Shown: positions 41,718 through 53,800 of the stretch, one piece after another
Position numbering within the stretch: position 1 is the first letter of the stretch
Layout of the letters: every line of letters begins with the position of its first letter
IMG/VR virus record: IMGVR_UViG_3300050821_002957
Location: 186,001 to 250,000 of that record
DNA length: 64,000 nucleotides
Reading direction: 5' to 3' (one strand)
Made by a program: the position numbers and the translations under genes
The notes under the pieces: generated by a model
Database searches by the model: none
Seen by the model: the letters and a program-made list of their open reading frames with translations, nothing else
What the model was told of the DNA's origin: nothing

Positions 41718-41869
41718 TATTGGATGTCGGCCCCACGAGTCGCACAGGATTCACAACCTGCCAGATGTGCCTTTACTGCTTCTTGTTCTCCGAGAGTCAG
41801 ACGGCAGTTATGAAAGTCTAGCAACGTCTCGTCGCTCATGTGTTCATATGCTTGTTGTGCTGTGTTCAT
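41657..41869 (-). CDS. zf-HC2 (anti-sigma type) zinc finger protein
   Basis: H.SDETL..VKAHLAGCESC (HxxxCxxC). Confidence 0.75.
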   Translation of the reverse strand: MNTAQQAYEHMSDETLLDFHNCRLTLGEQEAVKAHLAGCESCATRGADIQYWNGFMREHMEEPGEDIGAL

Positions 41870-44800
41870 GATTTTTGTCTCAACTGAATTATACGATAGT
41901 ACGGTGCATCTTTAAAAAGACCGTGGATTGAATCAGGTTTTGACGGAGTGTACGGTGAAGATGCTCCATGTCGATTCTTGATTATGTATCGTTTACCGTC
42001 ACAGATTGCAACGATAACTTCCGCTTTGCACAGATCGTTAAAATTTCTGATGTTTATGGGGACGTTGTAGTTTGTTGCTTCACAATTAGGCCAATGACGA
42101 CCTAGGTTGAGATCGGAATGACAACTAGGACAAATGTCATCTTGAAGTCGCCGATCTAAAATTTTTTGATAAAAACGTTGAAAATGTGAAATTAACCAAG
42201 CGGAATGAGGTTTGGGTCGCAAATATTCGATCCAATACGAGTACCATTCATCCCATGTTTCTTCTAAAAAGAATGCCCTATTGTCGAATTGTTCTCTAGC
42301 AATTCTTAGGACTTTTATCGCACCAACTACATCCCAGTCTTTTTCATCTGCGGTCGTCTTCTCCGTAGATGTCGTCAAGGGAATCAAAATCGCCATTTGG
42401 TTGTCCCCATCGACGCCAGGGATGACTGACCGGCAATTCGTCTTCAGTTTTTCTTGCTGCGTCTGTTGGATCTTGATATTGCTGTTCGTCACTACTGTTC
42501 TCCCTGATCATGTTTTTCTTCCTTTTTTAAAACGAAAATCTTACAGGAACAATTCTTGCAGGTAGGCTTGTGATCCTGTCGGGTATGTCCACATGTACAG
42601 GGATCGTACTTGGTGCAAGAAACATACTGCATTACTTTTTCTTTGGTGTTTTTGCCGGGGTGCCGTATTCTTTCGTCCAGACTACAAGACCGTCTTGAAA
42701 GGTTTTGTATGGGCCAAGCGTATTGTGGTTTGCCGCTACGAAAAACCAGCCGGTTGGATATTGCGTAGCAGTCCAGATTCCATTTTGGAAGGAGCCGGAT
42801 TTGAGGGTCTCCCAGCCTGCCGGATTCGATTTATTGTTGTTGCTGGGCATCTTCTTCATCTTGGGTTTTGCTGAAGAGACTCTCTAATTCGGCTACCTCT
42901 TCGACTTGCTTCATTAGTTCGTCAAGTTCTGGAACATCCAATCCCAAAGCATAGACTAAGTTCTGATTCATTTGGTAAATCTGAACCAGAGCTTGCATCT
43001 GATACGGGTTCAAACCCATATGCTGCAATGAAAGAATGAAACAGCGCTGGGCTTTCAAGGAATCTGCAATATATGATTTCGGATTTTGCATTACTTCCTG
43101 CACAACATGATCTCCTTATATTTACACGAATTGTCAATCTGTCAAGCGAGGGATCGACCTGACTTTGTACAACAGGGTTTGTTGGGTCTTTCGGCGTCGA
43201 TGAGCGAAGCGAAAATGACCGACCCTCCCCTTTCCTTTACCGAAGCTCGCAGCCCGTCCGAGACGGCCTGCGCTTTCGTCCAGGTTTCTTCGACCAAGGT
43301 CAGTAGCCTCGGTTCGTTTTGCGGAGTTAATTCTACTATGATGATGCGATACGACATTTGAAATAGTGAATAATGTGCTCGGGGACCAAAACGTTTATTA
43401 CTACCGGAACAGGATCATAACCATCAGAAGGGACTCTACCATAGACCGTTCGGAACATGTCCATGATGTCTTTCAAATATCGTCTGGCAAGCTCTTCTCG
43501 CTCGTCATCGTCCATTTCGTCGAATTCAAAACTCAAAACATCAAACTCCGCTCGGCCTCTTCTTTCGCCTGTGCTTTCGTCTTCCAAAAAGTTCTGGGAA
43601 GGTTCTCGACTACACAACACCACGTACCATCATACGAATAGACTTTGGCAACTTCTTTTCCGAGACCATCGTAAAGTCTTTCCGTGTTCGACCACCAATG
43701 AGCTTTTTCCCAACGTGCCGCAGCGAGAGTCGTCATTGTTTCATCCAAACCATTCGACGAAGATGTAGTTTGCTTCGTCGAGACCATATTTATCTTGTAA
43801 GCCATACGATTCACTCTCTTCTCCGATACAGAACGTCTCCAGTTCTTCGTCAGACAGTTGGGCAAGCTGGGCTTCGGCAATCGCAAGTTCGTCCGGGCGC
43901 TCGGCAGTCTCGAATGAATGCTTCTGAGGCTCGTGGCGATTGATTGCGCCGCTGTCAAGTTGAATCATCAACCAGCCTTTGTACAACAGCGGATAGGTTT
44001 CTTTACTAATTGTCGTCGTCTTCATTTTGTCTTTCCGCTTTGGCGCAGCCTTTCAATTCGCCTTGATCCACCCAATGCTGCAATTCTTGGATCAGCCACT
44101 TGACCTGTTCGAGATCAAGATGCATTCGAGTCGTAAGCAGAACGTCGTCAGAAATTGGAAAGGGAATCCAGCCGGTCGTCTCTGTAGTCTTGACGCCCAA
44201 TCTCGCTGCATCGTGCGCCATGATCTGAGGATTTGCATCACGAGGACCAAGCCAGACTGCCGAAGTACCCGGCTGGTCGAAATCGGCAAGACTCGACTGC
44301 TGTAATTCGCAGAGAACGCCGTAACGATCACTGAATTCAATTACATGAAATCCCCGACAAGTCTTCGTTCGTTTTATTTTCATTTTTTTCCTCGACGTAA
44401 TTCCAGGCCAACTAGAAACAGAGACAGAAGGAGAAAGAAGATAGCAGAGAGGATGATACCCGACACTTCGTCAATTTCCATAGTTGTACCAACACTGTGT
44501 ACCAACACTGTATACCATACTGTCGAGAAGGAAGAGATCCAACCGTCTGACCTATGTTCCCAAAGGGCATCTTTTTTACTACCCTTTGGCATATAATCTT
44601 TGAAAGTGTCAATAGCATATCACTAGGATTATTCCCTGTCAATAGGTATCAAAAAATTAATTTATTTCTTCAGCCGTCTGAGAGAAATCGACCTGAATAT
44701 CTAACCGGAGATCGGGAAGTCGGTCGTAAAGCTCCAGTTCCTTTTGAATGATCGGCTCAAAGTCTTCATAATTCAGCGTTCTAATCGAAGCGACTACGAG

Positions 44801-46377
44801 AACCTTCGCCGGAATGACTTTTTCTGGGATGAATTCGATTGTTGCCCCAAGAACGTTCGGAAGTGCAGCAAATTCCGCTCGAAGTGCTTCAAGTTCTTCT
44901 GAATTTGGAGTCATTTATTCGTCCGGGGATTGAGAATCGACAAATAAATGAGGCCAGCAGCGCCCAAATCGATAATTCCACTGATTCCGTTGCCTCTGAA
45001 GAATTGTCCGAGACCCAGAAATACCAGAATTGCGAAGAAAATCCAACAAAAAACTTGTATTATTCTCATAAATCAGTCCAGTGAGACGATTCTTTCGTTC
45101 GCTCCGACACAACCTCGGTGAATCCGTCCGTCCCGGCCCATGTAGCGGACCATCGTCACCGCATGAGGCCGATGAGACCTGTTTGATTCCTTCTTTTTCA
45201 TGAACCGCTTCAATGCCTTTTTCAAAATGTTCTTCATGGAACTCTCCGTATTCATGATAACACAAACTTATTCGTGGATTGTGATCTTTAAAATCCTGTG
45301 CGGCGGAATCCATGTCATCCCGTCGTCAATCCAGACACCGACCGTAGAAATAACGGCATTGACTTTCTCTCGTGTCGCTGCAATCTCAGCCGTTTTTACT
45401 TCATTCGAGTTGTTCATATACCACAGAATCATTTCTTTTCCTTATAATCGCCCCAAGGACGCTTCTTATTTCTGTTGATCAAGATTCCCAGACCTATCGG
45501 AACCGCAAACATGAAAAGGACCCAGACGGTGGCAGGCAGGTAGATCATATAGTCGTCCCTACAAACCCCTCACCAGTCCACCGCTGCCATAGTTCAACAT
45601 CGTTTCGTCTTTCCGCAAAGGACGTTTCTGTCCTGCATCCACAACGACGCATTTGCCACAGGTCGAGCAGTGGAGCTTGGTTCCATCGAGGAGGTCTTTA
45701 GCTTCCATTTCGTTAATTCTTCATCAGATGATCGTGAATCTTGGTAAAGACTTCCTGAACTTTTTTGACAAAGAACTCGTCCAGTGCAATGATGTCGGCA
45801 GTTACGATCTGACCCTGCGTCGTAGACAGGAAATTGAAGAGGGCGGCTGCTGCGTCAAATCCTGCGGTTACCGGATCAAGAGCGACCGGAGCCAGAGATG
45901 CGACATTCAAATTTGGAATCACTTCTTTGATCGGCTCTCCTGCAATGACAGCAGCGGCTCCAGTGATGACTGCTTCATGCGGATCGACCAGGGTGTCAGT
46001 GAGAGCTTTCGCAACACCTTCTGGACTGATGTCGTGAACTCGGTCAGGAACACAGAGAGGCTCGGCGGCTTTTTCCAAAGTCTTCAGAACATTGTCAGAA
46101 ATCTTGGATGCTTGATTAGTTTGATATTTCATATACTACACTCATATAGCATCGATCAATAAGGCTTCTCAAATACGACGGAACATCTGGGGCAACGCAT
46201 GTCTTTGTAATTCAGTTCGACATTGCAGGACGGACAGAAATAGGCTCCAGAAATACTCTGCATGTCCGGGATGAAGCGACAGACAGGACAATAGCCGCCT
46301 TGCAATCGTTCTTTACAGCCGTCGTCGTGGAAAGTTACAAAATTAGCTTTCATTTTTTCATCTTCCTTTTTTGTCAT
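41866..46377 (-). CDS. Array of small hypothetical ORFs (including 41866-42492, 42831-43103, 43336-43623, 43741-44025, 44006-44383, 44657-44914, 45713-46132, 46156-46377)
   Basis: Co-oriented coupled ORFs; no family recognised. Confidence 0.55.
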
Positions 46378-46618
46378 GGCGACTGTCGTAGTGACTCAGA
46401 CCCGGCTTTCGCTTGCTTCCCAGATGTTGGACGTGCTCGGGTTTGGATCGCTTCAGAATGTCCGGGAACATCTTCAGAATCGCTGCGGCCTTCTGTTGCT
46501 GTTCTTCTGTCAGAACAAACTTCTCACGGCGAGTTGTCTGGGCGGCTTGTTCGTACAAATCGTCCATGTATGCCTTGGCTTTGGCTTCTTCGGCAATGAA
46601 TTCTTTAAACGTCAGCAC
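46358..46618 (-). CDS. Putative internal head protein (MLTFKEFIAE)
   Basis: Close to the T4 capsid-targeting sequence MKTYQEFIAE. Confidence 0.6.
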   Translation of the reverse strand: MLTFKEFIAEEAKAKAYMDDLYEQAAQTTRREKFVLTEEQQQKAAAILKMFPDILKRSKPEHVQHLGSKRKPGLSHYDSRHDKKGR

Positions 46619-47359
46619 TGATTTTTTTGTTCCGTAAAAACAGAGGGTTTCCTAAGGCTTTGGAATTGTGATAGGTGCGAAGATAATCTTGTATTTCGCT
46701 CAGATGCTTTTTTGGAGCCTCCCAATCAAGCCGCTTCATCGTATAGTAAGAGAAGGAGAACCTTTCGCCTATCAAAGATTCTCGAAAGACCATTACCTTT
46801 TCCCAATTGTCAGGTCCATAATAGCCATCGAAGTAGTTTGTAAGATACTCGATCTCTTCTTCGGTCAAAGGCAATTCTTGTTCTTGTTCATGCTTGAGAA
46901 GAATAGGCAAAGAAAAAGAAGAAGAGGAGTCCCCGTCAGAAGAAAGTTTCTTATTGATGTGTTGTTCGAGTTGGACGAGAATTTGTGGTGTGATCATTGG
47001 TAGTCTTGTTCTGTGATGGTATGGCGGATCGTCCCAGTGGCACATTGACTTGATACTGCGATTGTGATGGTGTCCCCAGGCTTGAGCATGTGCAGCATCG
47101 ACTTGTACGAATGCATGGGAACAGGTTCAAATTGCTGGCCGGTACGTTCCAGGATCTTTGCAATTTCGTAACAGGTAGGTGCGCCGCCGTGTGACAAAAT
47201 ATCTTGAATCTCTGTCACTGGGATGTCGTTGAGCTTCTCTTTCCAATGACAGTTAATCCTAGTTCCACAGGTCGCCAGCCGCTTCTGCTCTTTTGCGTCG
47301 AAGGGAGAGTCGGGTCCTAGTTGACAATCTTCGCATTGCCGGTTTGCTTTTTTGTTCAT
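46605..47359 (-). CDS. Two hypothetical ORFs
   Basis: Coupled ORFs. Confidence 0.5.
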
Positions 47360-47736
47360 GGGGTGGGTAGCTCGGAAATTGCGATCCAGGAATAAGTCAA
47401 GAATGCCGTCAGGCCGATCACTGCGAAACACTGAATGAAATATGTGATCGGATCGAAGACATATAGATGCTGAAAGAAGATGATATCGAAGTGATAGACA
47501 GCCTGCGAATGAAACCCAGGCACGACCCAATCCCGCCAGTCATACTTGTCAACTTGTCCTAGTCCAGTCAGCCAGACAAGCACAAAGGCCGTCCAGTGCG
47601 AGAAACAGTAGGGACAAGAAAACAAACGAATTCCCTTGGTCCACTCCCGGAATTTCTCGAACATGACCGACCGAGTGACTGTGATTGTCAGGGCCATGTT
47701 CGCCAGCGATATCACCAGTAGAGCTTTGAGTCCCAT
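47356..47736 (-). CDS. DUF1360-like membrane protein
   Basis: TM..FEKFRE..LFSCPYCFSHW. Confidence 0.65.
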   Translation of the reverse strand: MGLKALLVISLANMALTITVTRSVMFEKFREWTKGIRLFSCPYCFSHWTAFVLVWLTGLGQVDKYDWRDWVVPGFHSQAVYHFDIIFFQHLYVFDPITYFIQCFAVIGLTAFLTYSWIAISELPTP

Positions 47737-47740
47737 TGTG

Positions 47741-48349
47741 TTATGCCGGAACGAAGACACCTTCATTGGCGATGATGTTCTTCATGATTGCCCGGAGACG
47801 ATCTGCCGCTGCGCCATACTTCTTTCCGAATGTGATGGCGGCTTGGCGAGATGATTCCCAGATTTCGATTTGCTTTTCGTTGACATGAGGATCGAGGTTC
47901 CAGACATTGGACGGCTGGAAATATCCTCTTCCTCGCTCAAAGGCATTTTCGATCAGGTACATTTGATGCATACTGAAGACAGCTTTGAGGCGGCGTACCA
48001 TATCGTCGGTTTCGATCATGTTGTTGTATTGTCCGTCCAGGCCGGAAAACTTGAACTTGTTTTCGAGAGTGACGACCGACATCAGACAGGCTCCCAGGCC
48101 ACAGACTTCACAATATGGCTGGAGTTTCTTGGCGGTAGCCTTTGAGTCTTTCTTGTTTGCTTCGATGATCTTTTCGACTTCGGTGTCTTCGTACTTCCCG
48201 TCTTTGTACTTGGTTTTGGGAGAGTACATTTTGACGAAGGCTTTCCCGGTTCGGATGGCTTTATATCTTTTGATCGACTTCAGCACATCTTTGGCGACGG
48301 CGATTGCACGTTCTTGTTTTGGGGTCAAAGTTTCATTAGTAGTAGGCAT
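47741..48349 (-). CDS. Hypothetical protein, leaderless
   Basis: TTGACA-17-TATCCT-7 nt-ATG. Confidence 0.75.
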   Translation of the reverse strand: MPTTNETLTPKQERAIAVAKDVLKSIKRYKAIRTGKAFVKMYSPKTKYKDGKYEDTEVEKIIEANKKDSKATAKKLQPYCEVCGLGACLMSVVTLENKFKFSGLDGQYNNMIETDDMVRRLKAVFSMHQMYLIENAFERGRGYFQPSNVWNLDPHVNEKQIEIWESSRQAAITFGKKYGAAADRLRAIMKNIIANEGVFVPA

Positions 48350-48479
48350 ATCGGGAAGGATACCTTAGTATTTTCTAGGTGTCAAGTTTTTGCGGCTGGC
48401 TCCGAACAAAAGGGACCCAATGAAGAAGGCAATGAAGAACTTTCCGATGGTTTTCATATTCTTGGAGTATAGCACTACC

Positions 48480-48700
48480 GGAGTCCCAAAGGCAGGGACC
48501 CTTTTCAGGATTTCTATAGGGTCAAATTTTTGGTCCGGGAAAATTTTGAGATTTTTGGGGGATGGGACCCTTTTCGGAAATTTTGCTGGGACTTTTTTCT
48601 GGTACGTCCTCGGAAACGGTAGGGTGGGGTTGTATAACGCCTGCGGATGGGAACCCTAACCCGGAAAACACTGTGTATTCGACCCCGTACCCCATGTGTT
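48480..48700. repeat. Noncoding GGGACCC / T-tract repeat region at a strand divergence point (origin- or pac-like)
   Basis: GGGACCCTTTTC at 48495 and 48564, variants at 48588 and 48650; AAATTTT tracts. Confidence 0.45.
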
Positions 48701-48835
48701 CTCAAGCACTTGCGTCGATGCGGCTCGGCGAGTCTACATATATTCAGGGTGATGTTCGTCTCTACCCATCCTCATGAGCGTGGCTGCTAACACGACGAGC
48801 GACAAGGCCACGCTCTAAAAAATCCTCAAAAATTA

Positions 48836-48877
48836 TTGATACATCTGTTGACATTGGATAGATGCATCTGCTAATCT
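48836..48877 (+). promoter_or_regulatory. Sigma70-type promoter with two palindrome copies
   Basis: TTGATACATCTG, TTGACA, TAGATGCATCTG in the spacer, TGnTAATCT. Confidence 0.75.
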
Positions 48878-48883
48878 AGTCAT

Positions 48884-49377
48884 GTAGTCAAGAGGTTCAA
48901 GACAAATAAACGAAAGGCGGCGAGATTGCAAAGCATGAGGAGGACATAGGCGCTCACTTGAGTATGCTGGTTTCAAATGATCGGCAACGAGAGCGACAAG
49001 AGCATTTGATGCAAGCCGTATGATGCTGGTGCGGCCCAAGCTGAAATCTAATCCGTGTTGCTCGGGTCATATGGCGAGACACGTCGGAAAGAATCCCAGC
49101 GTCATACACTCCAGCGACCAATGGTGTATGATTGGTTGATTGACGGATGATCGACGGCGAAGAGCGGACAAGTGCTGAGAGACGCCCTGAATCAGTAGCC
49201 GTAGATGTCACGAGGATTGCACAGCTTTTCATCCGGCTTGTGCGACTGCGACGAAAGAACGAGAGACGATATGCGCTAACTTGAATAACATACCCTGCTC
49301 GGGTTTAAGAGCCTTAAAATTTACTCCTTTCCTGAGGCGCTTTGCAGAGAAACACTGCGGAGCGCCTTATGTGTTTT
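48884..49377 (+). ncRNA. Putative large structured noncoding RNA of about 490 nt
   Basis: No ORF of 60 aa or more on +; many helices and pseudoknot-type pairings; 15-bp terminal hairpin 49333-49369. Confidence 0.6.
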
Positions 49378-49399
49378 GGGCCTGCTATATATTTGAAAC

Positions 49400-49624
49400 A
49401 TGCTGTACTGCGCCCGGTGTGACAGAAACTTTTTTGACGGCGAGGATATAACAATTCGCTCGGTGGCCGGAACTGAGCAAGCATATCATCACGGCTGTCA
49501 CGTTGACCTCTGCGACGAACTCAGAGAAGTTGCAAAGTCATTCGGCCCGACTTTTGACCAGGACGCCTACGTGCCTGTGATGTTTTTCTCCCGGACCTTT
49601 CGTGATTCGCAAATTGTTCACTAA
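49400..49624 (+). CDS. Small Cys/His Zn-binding protein
   Basis: CARC..YHHGC. Confidence 0.55.
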   Translation: MLYCARCDRNFFDGEDITIRSVAGTEQAYHHGCHVDLCDELREVAKSFGPTFDQDAYVPVMFFSRTFRDSQIVH

Positions 49625-49691
49625 CGAACACACCACTACAGGTTGCGCTTTGTGATATAAAGTTGACAGGTTTCTTGTAAGTTGTTCATAA

Positions 49692-50444
49692 ATGCCTCAA
49701 AACAGTTGCCATATGATGTGTTATCAGCAATTGGTTAGAAGTTGTGATAAACTGGGTTTCATGAAGAACGCCTATCGAATCGTCGGGACGGTCGTCTACA
49801 TCACGGTCGAAACCACCGGCAAGACAAAATTGAAAAAAGAAACGTTGATCGATGTCGCCGACCTGGACATGCTTCTCCATCATCCTGTGAAAACTTGGTA
49901 CGCTCATCTTGCAAAAGCTCCAGCCGGAAAATTTTATGTACTCGGCAAAGAATATTCTGCGGAGACACGAAGCTCGACAACACAAATGCTGCATCGTGTT
50001 CTCATGGGCGATCCCCGAAAAAAGTCTGGCAGAGCAATCGAGATTCATCACGTAGACAATGACGGCTTGAACAATCGGCACGAGAATATGGAGCGCAAAT
50101 CACATCGGGGAAACATTCGAGCGCATTGGCCAGAAAGAAACTGGGTGCCTTACGATGAGTCGCTTGATCGAATTGTCGTCTTCAAAAAACTTGTCCAGAT
50201 CGGCAAAGATATTCAGGCGACATATGAACTGACTCGCCAACAGCTATGGAAGATTCGCACAGGAAAAACATTGGAGTCAGCAGCGGCAAAGGCTTTTTGG
50301 TTCGCTGTGCTCGATGCATATCCTCAGTTGTTTCATAAAGAATGGAGAAGTGCGCCCTGGAAAGTCGGAGCGGCTGCAATCAAACAGTTTTGTGTTTCAA
50401 AAGAAAAAGGTGTGACGGCTGAAAAGTTGTCTGTTTCTTGGTAA
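49692..50444 (+). CDS. HNH homing endonuclease-like protein (start may be 49761)
   Basis: LIDVAD..MLHRVLMG..IHHVDNDGLNNRHEN. Confidence 0.8.
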   Translation: MPQNSCHMMCYQQLVRSCDKLGFMKNAYRIVGTVVYITVETTGKTKLKKETLIDVADLDMLLHHPVKTWYAHLAKAPAGKFYVLGKEYSAETRSSTTQMLHRVLMGDPRKKSGRAIEIHHVDNDGLNNRHENMERKSHRGNIRAHWPERNWVPYDESLDRIVVFKKLVQIGKDIQATYELTRQQLWKIRTGKTLESAAAKAFWFAVLDAYPQLFHKEWRSAPWKVGAAAIKQFCVSKEKGVTAEKLSVSW

Positions 50445-50807
50445 ATTGTTGAAATAGCTGGGGATTGGTCTGGGCGATGTAATGGGGCTGGTGTGGAACT
50501 GCCCCGGCACACAGGCAGTTAGGACCAGCACGTTTCCCTCTTACCGTACACACGACCACGCTGTTTGACCACTTTGCTCCATTCCACTCCCCATTTGGCT
50601 ATCAAGTCGTTTTCAGAGTATCAAAATATAAATTGCAACATTTCAGCATCGATTCATCGGTCGTCAGATTCCACGGCACGGCCAAACTCTCTGCCTGTTA
50701 CGATGCGGTTTGCTGCCAATTAGACGAAGCTGGAGCGGTCGGTTCGTGGTGGCTGATATCTGAAGGCACTTGACAGAACAGCCACGCCGTGTGACGATCA
50801 AAAAGAA

Positions 50808-53800
50808 CATGAATCTCTGCATCCAAAAACAAAAAGCCGCTGCGTCTCTTCTATTGACGGCGGCTGCGGCATCTCACCACCAACAGCAGCAGCAACACCA
50901 CGACGATCTATTTGAATGCGTCACAGACGAACAGCGAGCAGAAGCGGCGAAGTTGCAAAAATTGGTCGAAGAGAAGGCAGAATCGATGCAAAGGCAATTT
51001 GATGATATTGCAATGAATCATAATTGGAACAGATGGACCTGTGCCTATGTGTTTCTTCATCCCGATACCAAAGACGGAATATATTGCTGGTCAATGATGT
51101 CGGACAAAATGATTCCAAGTCGAGGAGCAGCGGTCGAGCGCATGGCAAAGATCGGCTTCGATTTTCAAAATTCGCCGCACTACTTGTTCATGAATCAGAG
51201 AAGAGAAAAATGACAGAAAAAGTGCATGGCTTCAGACTGCTTCAATGGACTGACTGCAACAATTACATCTACGCCAAACCATACGACATAGAGGACAATG
51301 GTCAATATCGTTGGATGATCAGACAGAACATCAACAATGAAGACAACGAATTTTTGTATGATGGACTGCCATACCTCTACTGGAGAAAATGGAATCCGCA
51401 AGAGGCAAGACGATTTTTGGCGTTCTACACAGAAGAAAATGCAGTGGCTTTTTTCAATCGGTGGGTCGCATCAGAAGAAGAGCAGCAGCAACAACAAGAA
51501 GAGATAGACCCACAAATCAAACTTGAATTGCGAAAGGCGTTGGTGTACAATCTATCACATGATGACTCCACAAGAGATTCACAGCTTGGCGATCCAGCAT
51601 TTGGCCGGGAACATCGTCTTCGCACAGAATGTTCCGCCCGACATGGTTCCGAGTGTGTTCATGCCTTTGATTTTCATGACGGAAGAACAAAAGACTGAGC
51701 TAGAAAACAAGCTGGTGTCCGGTGATGTTGCCGATATTTACGAGCATATCTCTGAAGCCGGTCCACAGTCGGTCAATGGATTTCCGATCTTCATGTCGTA
51801 CAAAACCATTTCAAAAGACGATTTGGCTGCATTGGGAGCGAAAGTTGAATTGTTGAAAGGTCCTGGAGATCAGATATGAAGTTCGCTTGGCGTTGTAAAA
51901 TCTGCTCGAACGGTGAAATCATTTCGGTCAAGAACGGTGACAGCTTTCTAAAGACGATTGAAACAATGGCCTTCGATGTCATGGCGGCGCACAAAGCACT
52001 CGACCTGACTGGCTGTCCTGCGACTGAAAATGACATCGAAGCCAAAATTGTAGCCGAAGAAGAAGGATTTGTATCGAAGCAAGGACTGCGGCTCCGTAGT
52101 GCAGCGGTCTATTCGACTTACAAACGATTGACAATGAAGTGAATCCATGCGATCCTGGATGACACACACGCATACACAAATGAAATTTCTCAAAAAAGGA
52201 ATATGAAGAGATGAGTAGCAAAGCAGCAGCGACGATCAATAACAACAAGACAAAGCCTTCCGACGCACATGCAACGCTCGGAATGGTCATAGGGCCAGAG
52301 TACAAGCGTGATGCAGTCCACAGCGCCGTAGAGCCTGTTGTAGCCGGTTGTCTGCTTCGACCGGGCACACATGTCGGTTTTGTCGGTGACATGAACAATC
52401 CGAAAGAGGTTGGTCCGTCAGCAAATCCTGTCGGGGTGATCGATCCATATCTGAAATCTGACGTTCGTCCTGGTGAATGGGTCTGGATGTTCGTCTATCC
52501 TCGGACCATTACATCATTGCGGCACGTCTGGTCGCATCCTGCAATTCCTGACGAAAAAGAAATTGCTGCTGCTGTGTCGTCTGTCGATCCTGACGTTGCT
52601 GAATCTGAAGCATGGATTAAGAACTATGCGAGAGGCATCGGTGTGGACTACAACGAATTACTTCAGCACGCTCACGCCAAGGTAGACAATGACGACTACT
52701 GGTGCGAAGGTGGACGTTTTGAAGGTGAATATACTCCTGACGATTTCTGGGAGCACTTTGAAAAGGTGACCGGGCGTAGCGTCGATGAAAATAATCGAGG
52801 AAACTTCTTCTCATGCAGTTGCTAGTCAAGACGTTTCAGACACCAATAACAAAATTGTGGGGACTCTCTACGGACGCTATTGTCGGCGCTCAACCCCATG
52901 TGATGGTGATGTGTGAAGACCCTGTTGTGCCGTGGCGTTGGCGTGATCGATCAGACATTTGTAAATATCCTGATATGTTGTTTTTAAGTGAACTAGAGGC
53001 CATTCAATTTGCTCTTAATCATCGAATGGTTGTGATGACAAGCACCAATGTAACCATCACAAGCATTCAGGATTCTTTCGACATTGGGCCTGCCTTGGTC
53101 AAACAAGTGGATCAGATGTTTACCGATGGTGCTGATTTTGATCCTGAGACGGTGAACAGAATGCAACTACGTCAAGAGATGAAAGAAAAGCTCGCCGATT
53201 TGTTGTGGGATCATGCGGTTGATTCGATAACCACGCCATCTGAATCACACCAATGGAAAGGTTGTTCTGTTTGTCAAGAAATCGAGGAGCTTTGGCTGAG
53301 GGTCTATGGTGCTGCGGTTCGGGACCAACAACAAGAAGAGAAGATCGACCCAGCCGTCAAGTTGCAATTACGCAAAGCTGTGTTAGATTTGAGTCAGACC
53401 GATAAAAAATGCCACTACGTCACCAAAGAATGCCCAGACGTGATCGGCGGCGACAACAAAGACGTGAGCGACAGCATGAAAAATGTGGTGCATGATGTTG
53501 GTATGTAGGTGAACGAATGTTTTATGTATTAGACGAAAACGTTAGTACTGATTTGTACATCTTAACTAGGCACACACCCACCGTGAAGACAGGCTGGCTG
53601 ATTTATCAGGAAGACTCGATTTGGAATAAGTTTTTGGCTTACGATCCAGTAGACAATAATTGGGTCTGGAAGAAATGGTCGTATGAAGATCCCAATTTCA
53701 TTCACTTTCAAACAAAAGAATCGGCAGAACAGTTCTACAATGCCATCAAACGTAAATGGGATTTTCAGAAACAGGTCGATCAACAAGTCTTAGATAAGAG

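Noticed and set aside
49010-49040. Group II intron (AGCCGTATG and GTGCG strings)
   Set aside because: No complete domain V hairpin, wrong order, no RT, and no interrupted gene
48833-49232. Minus-strand ORFs 48833-49039 and 48954-49232
   Set aside because: No RBS or promoter seen, atypical composition, and antisense to a strong promoter
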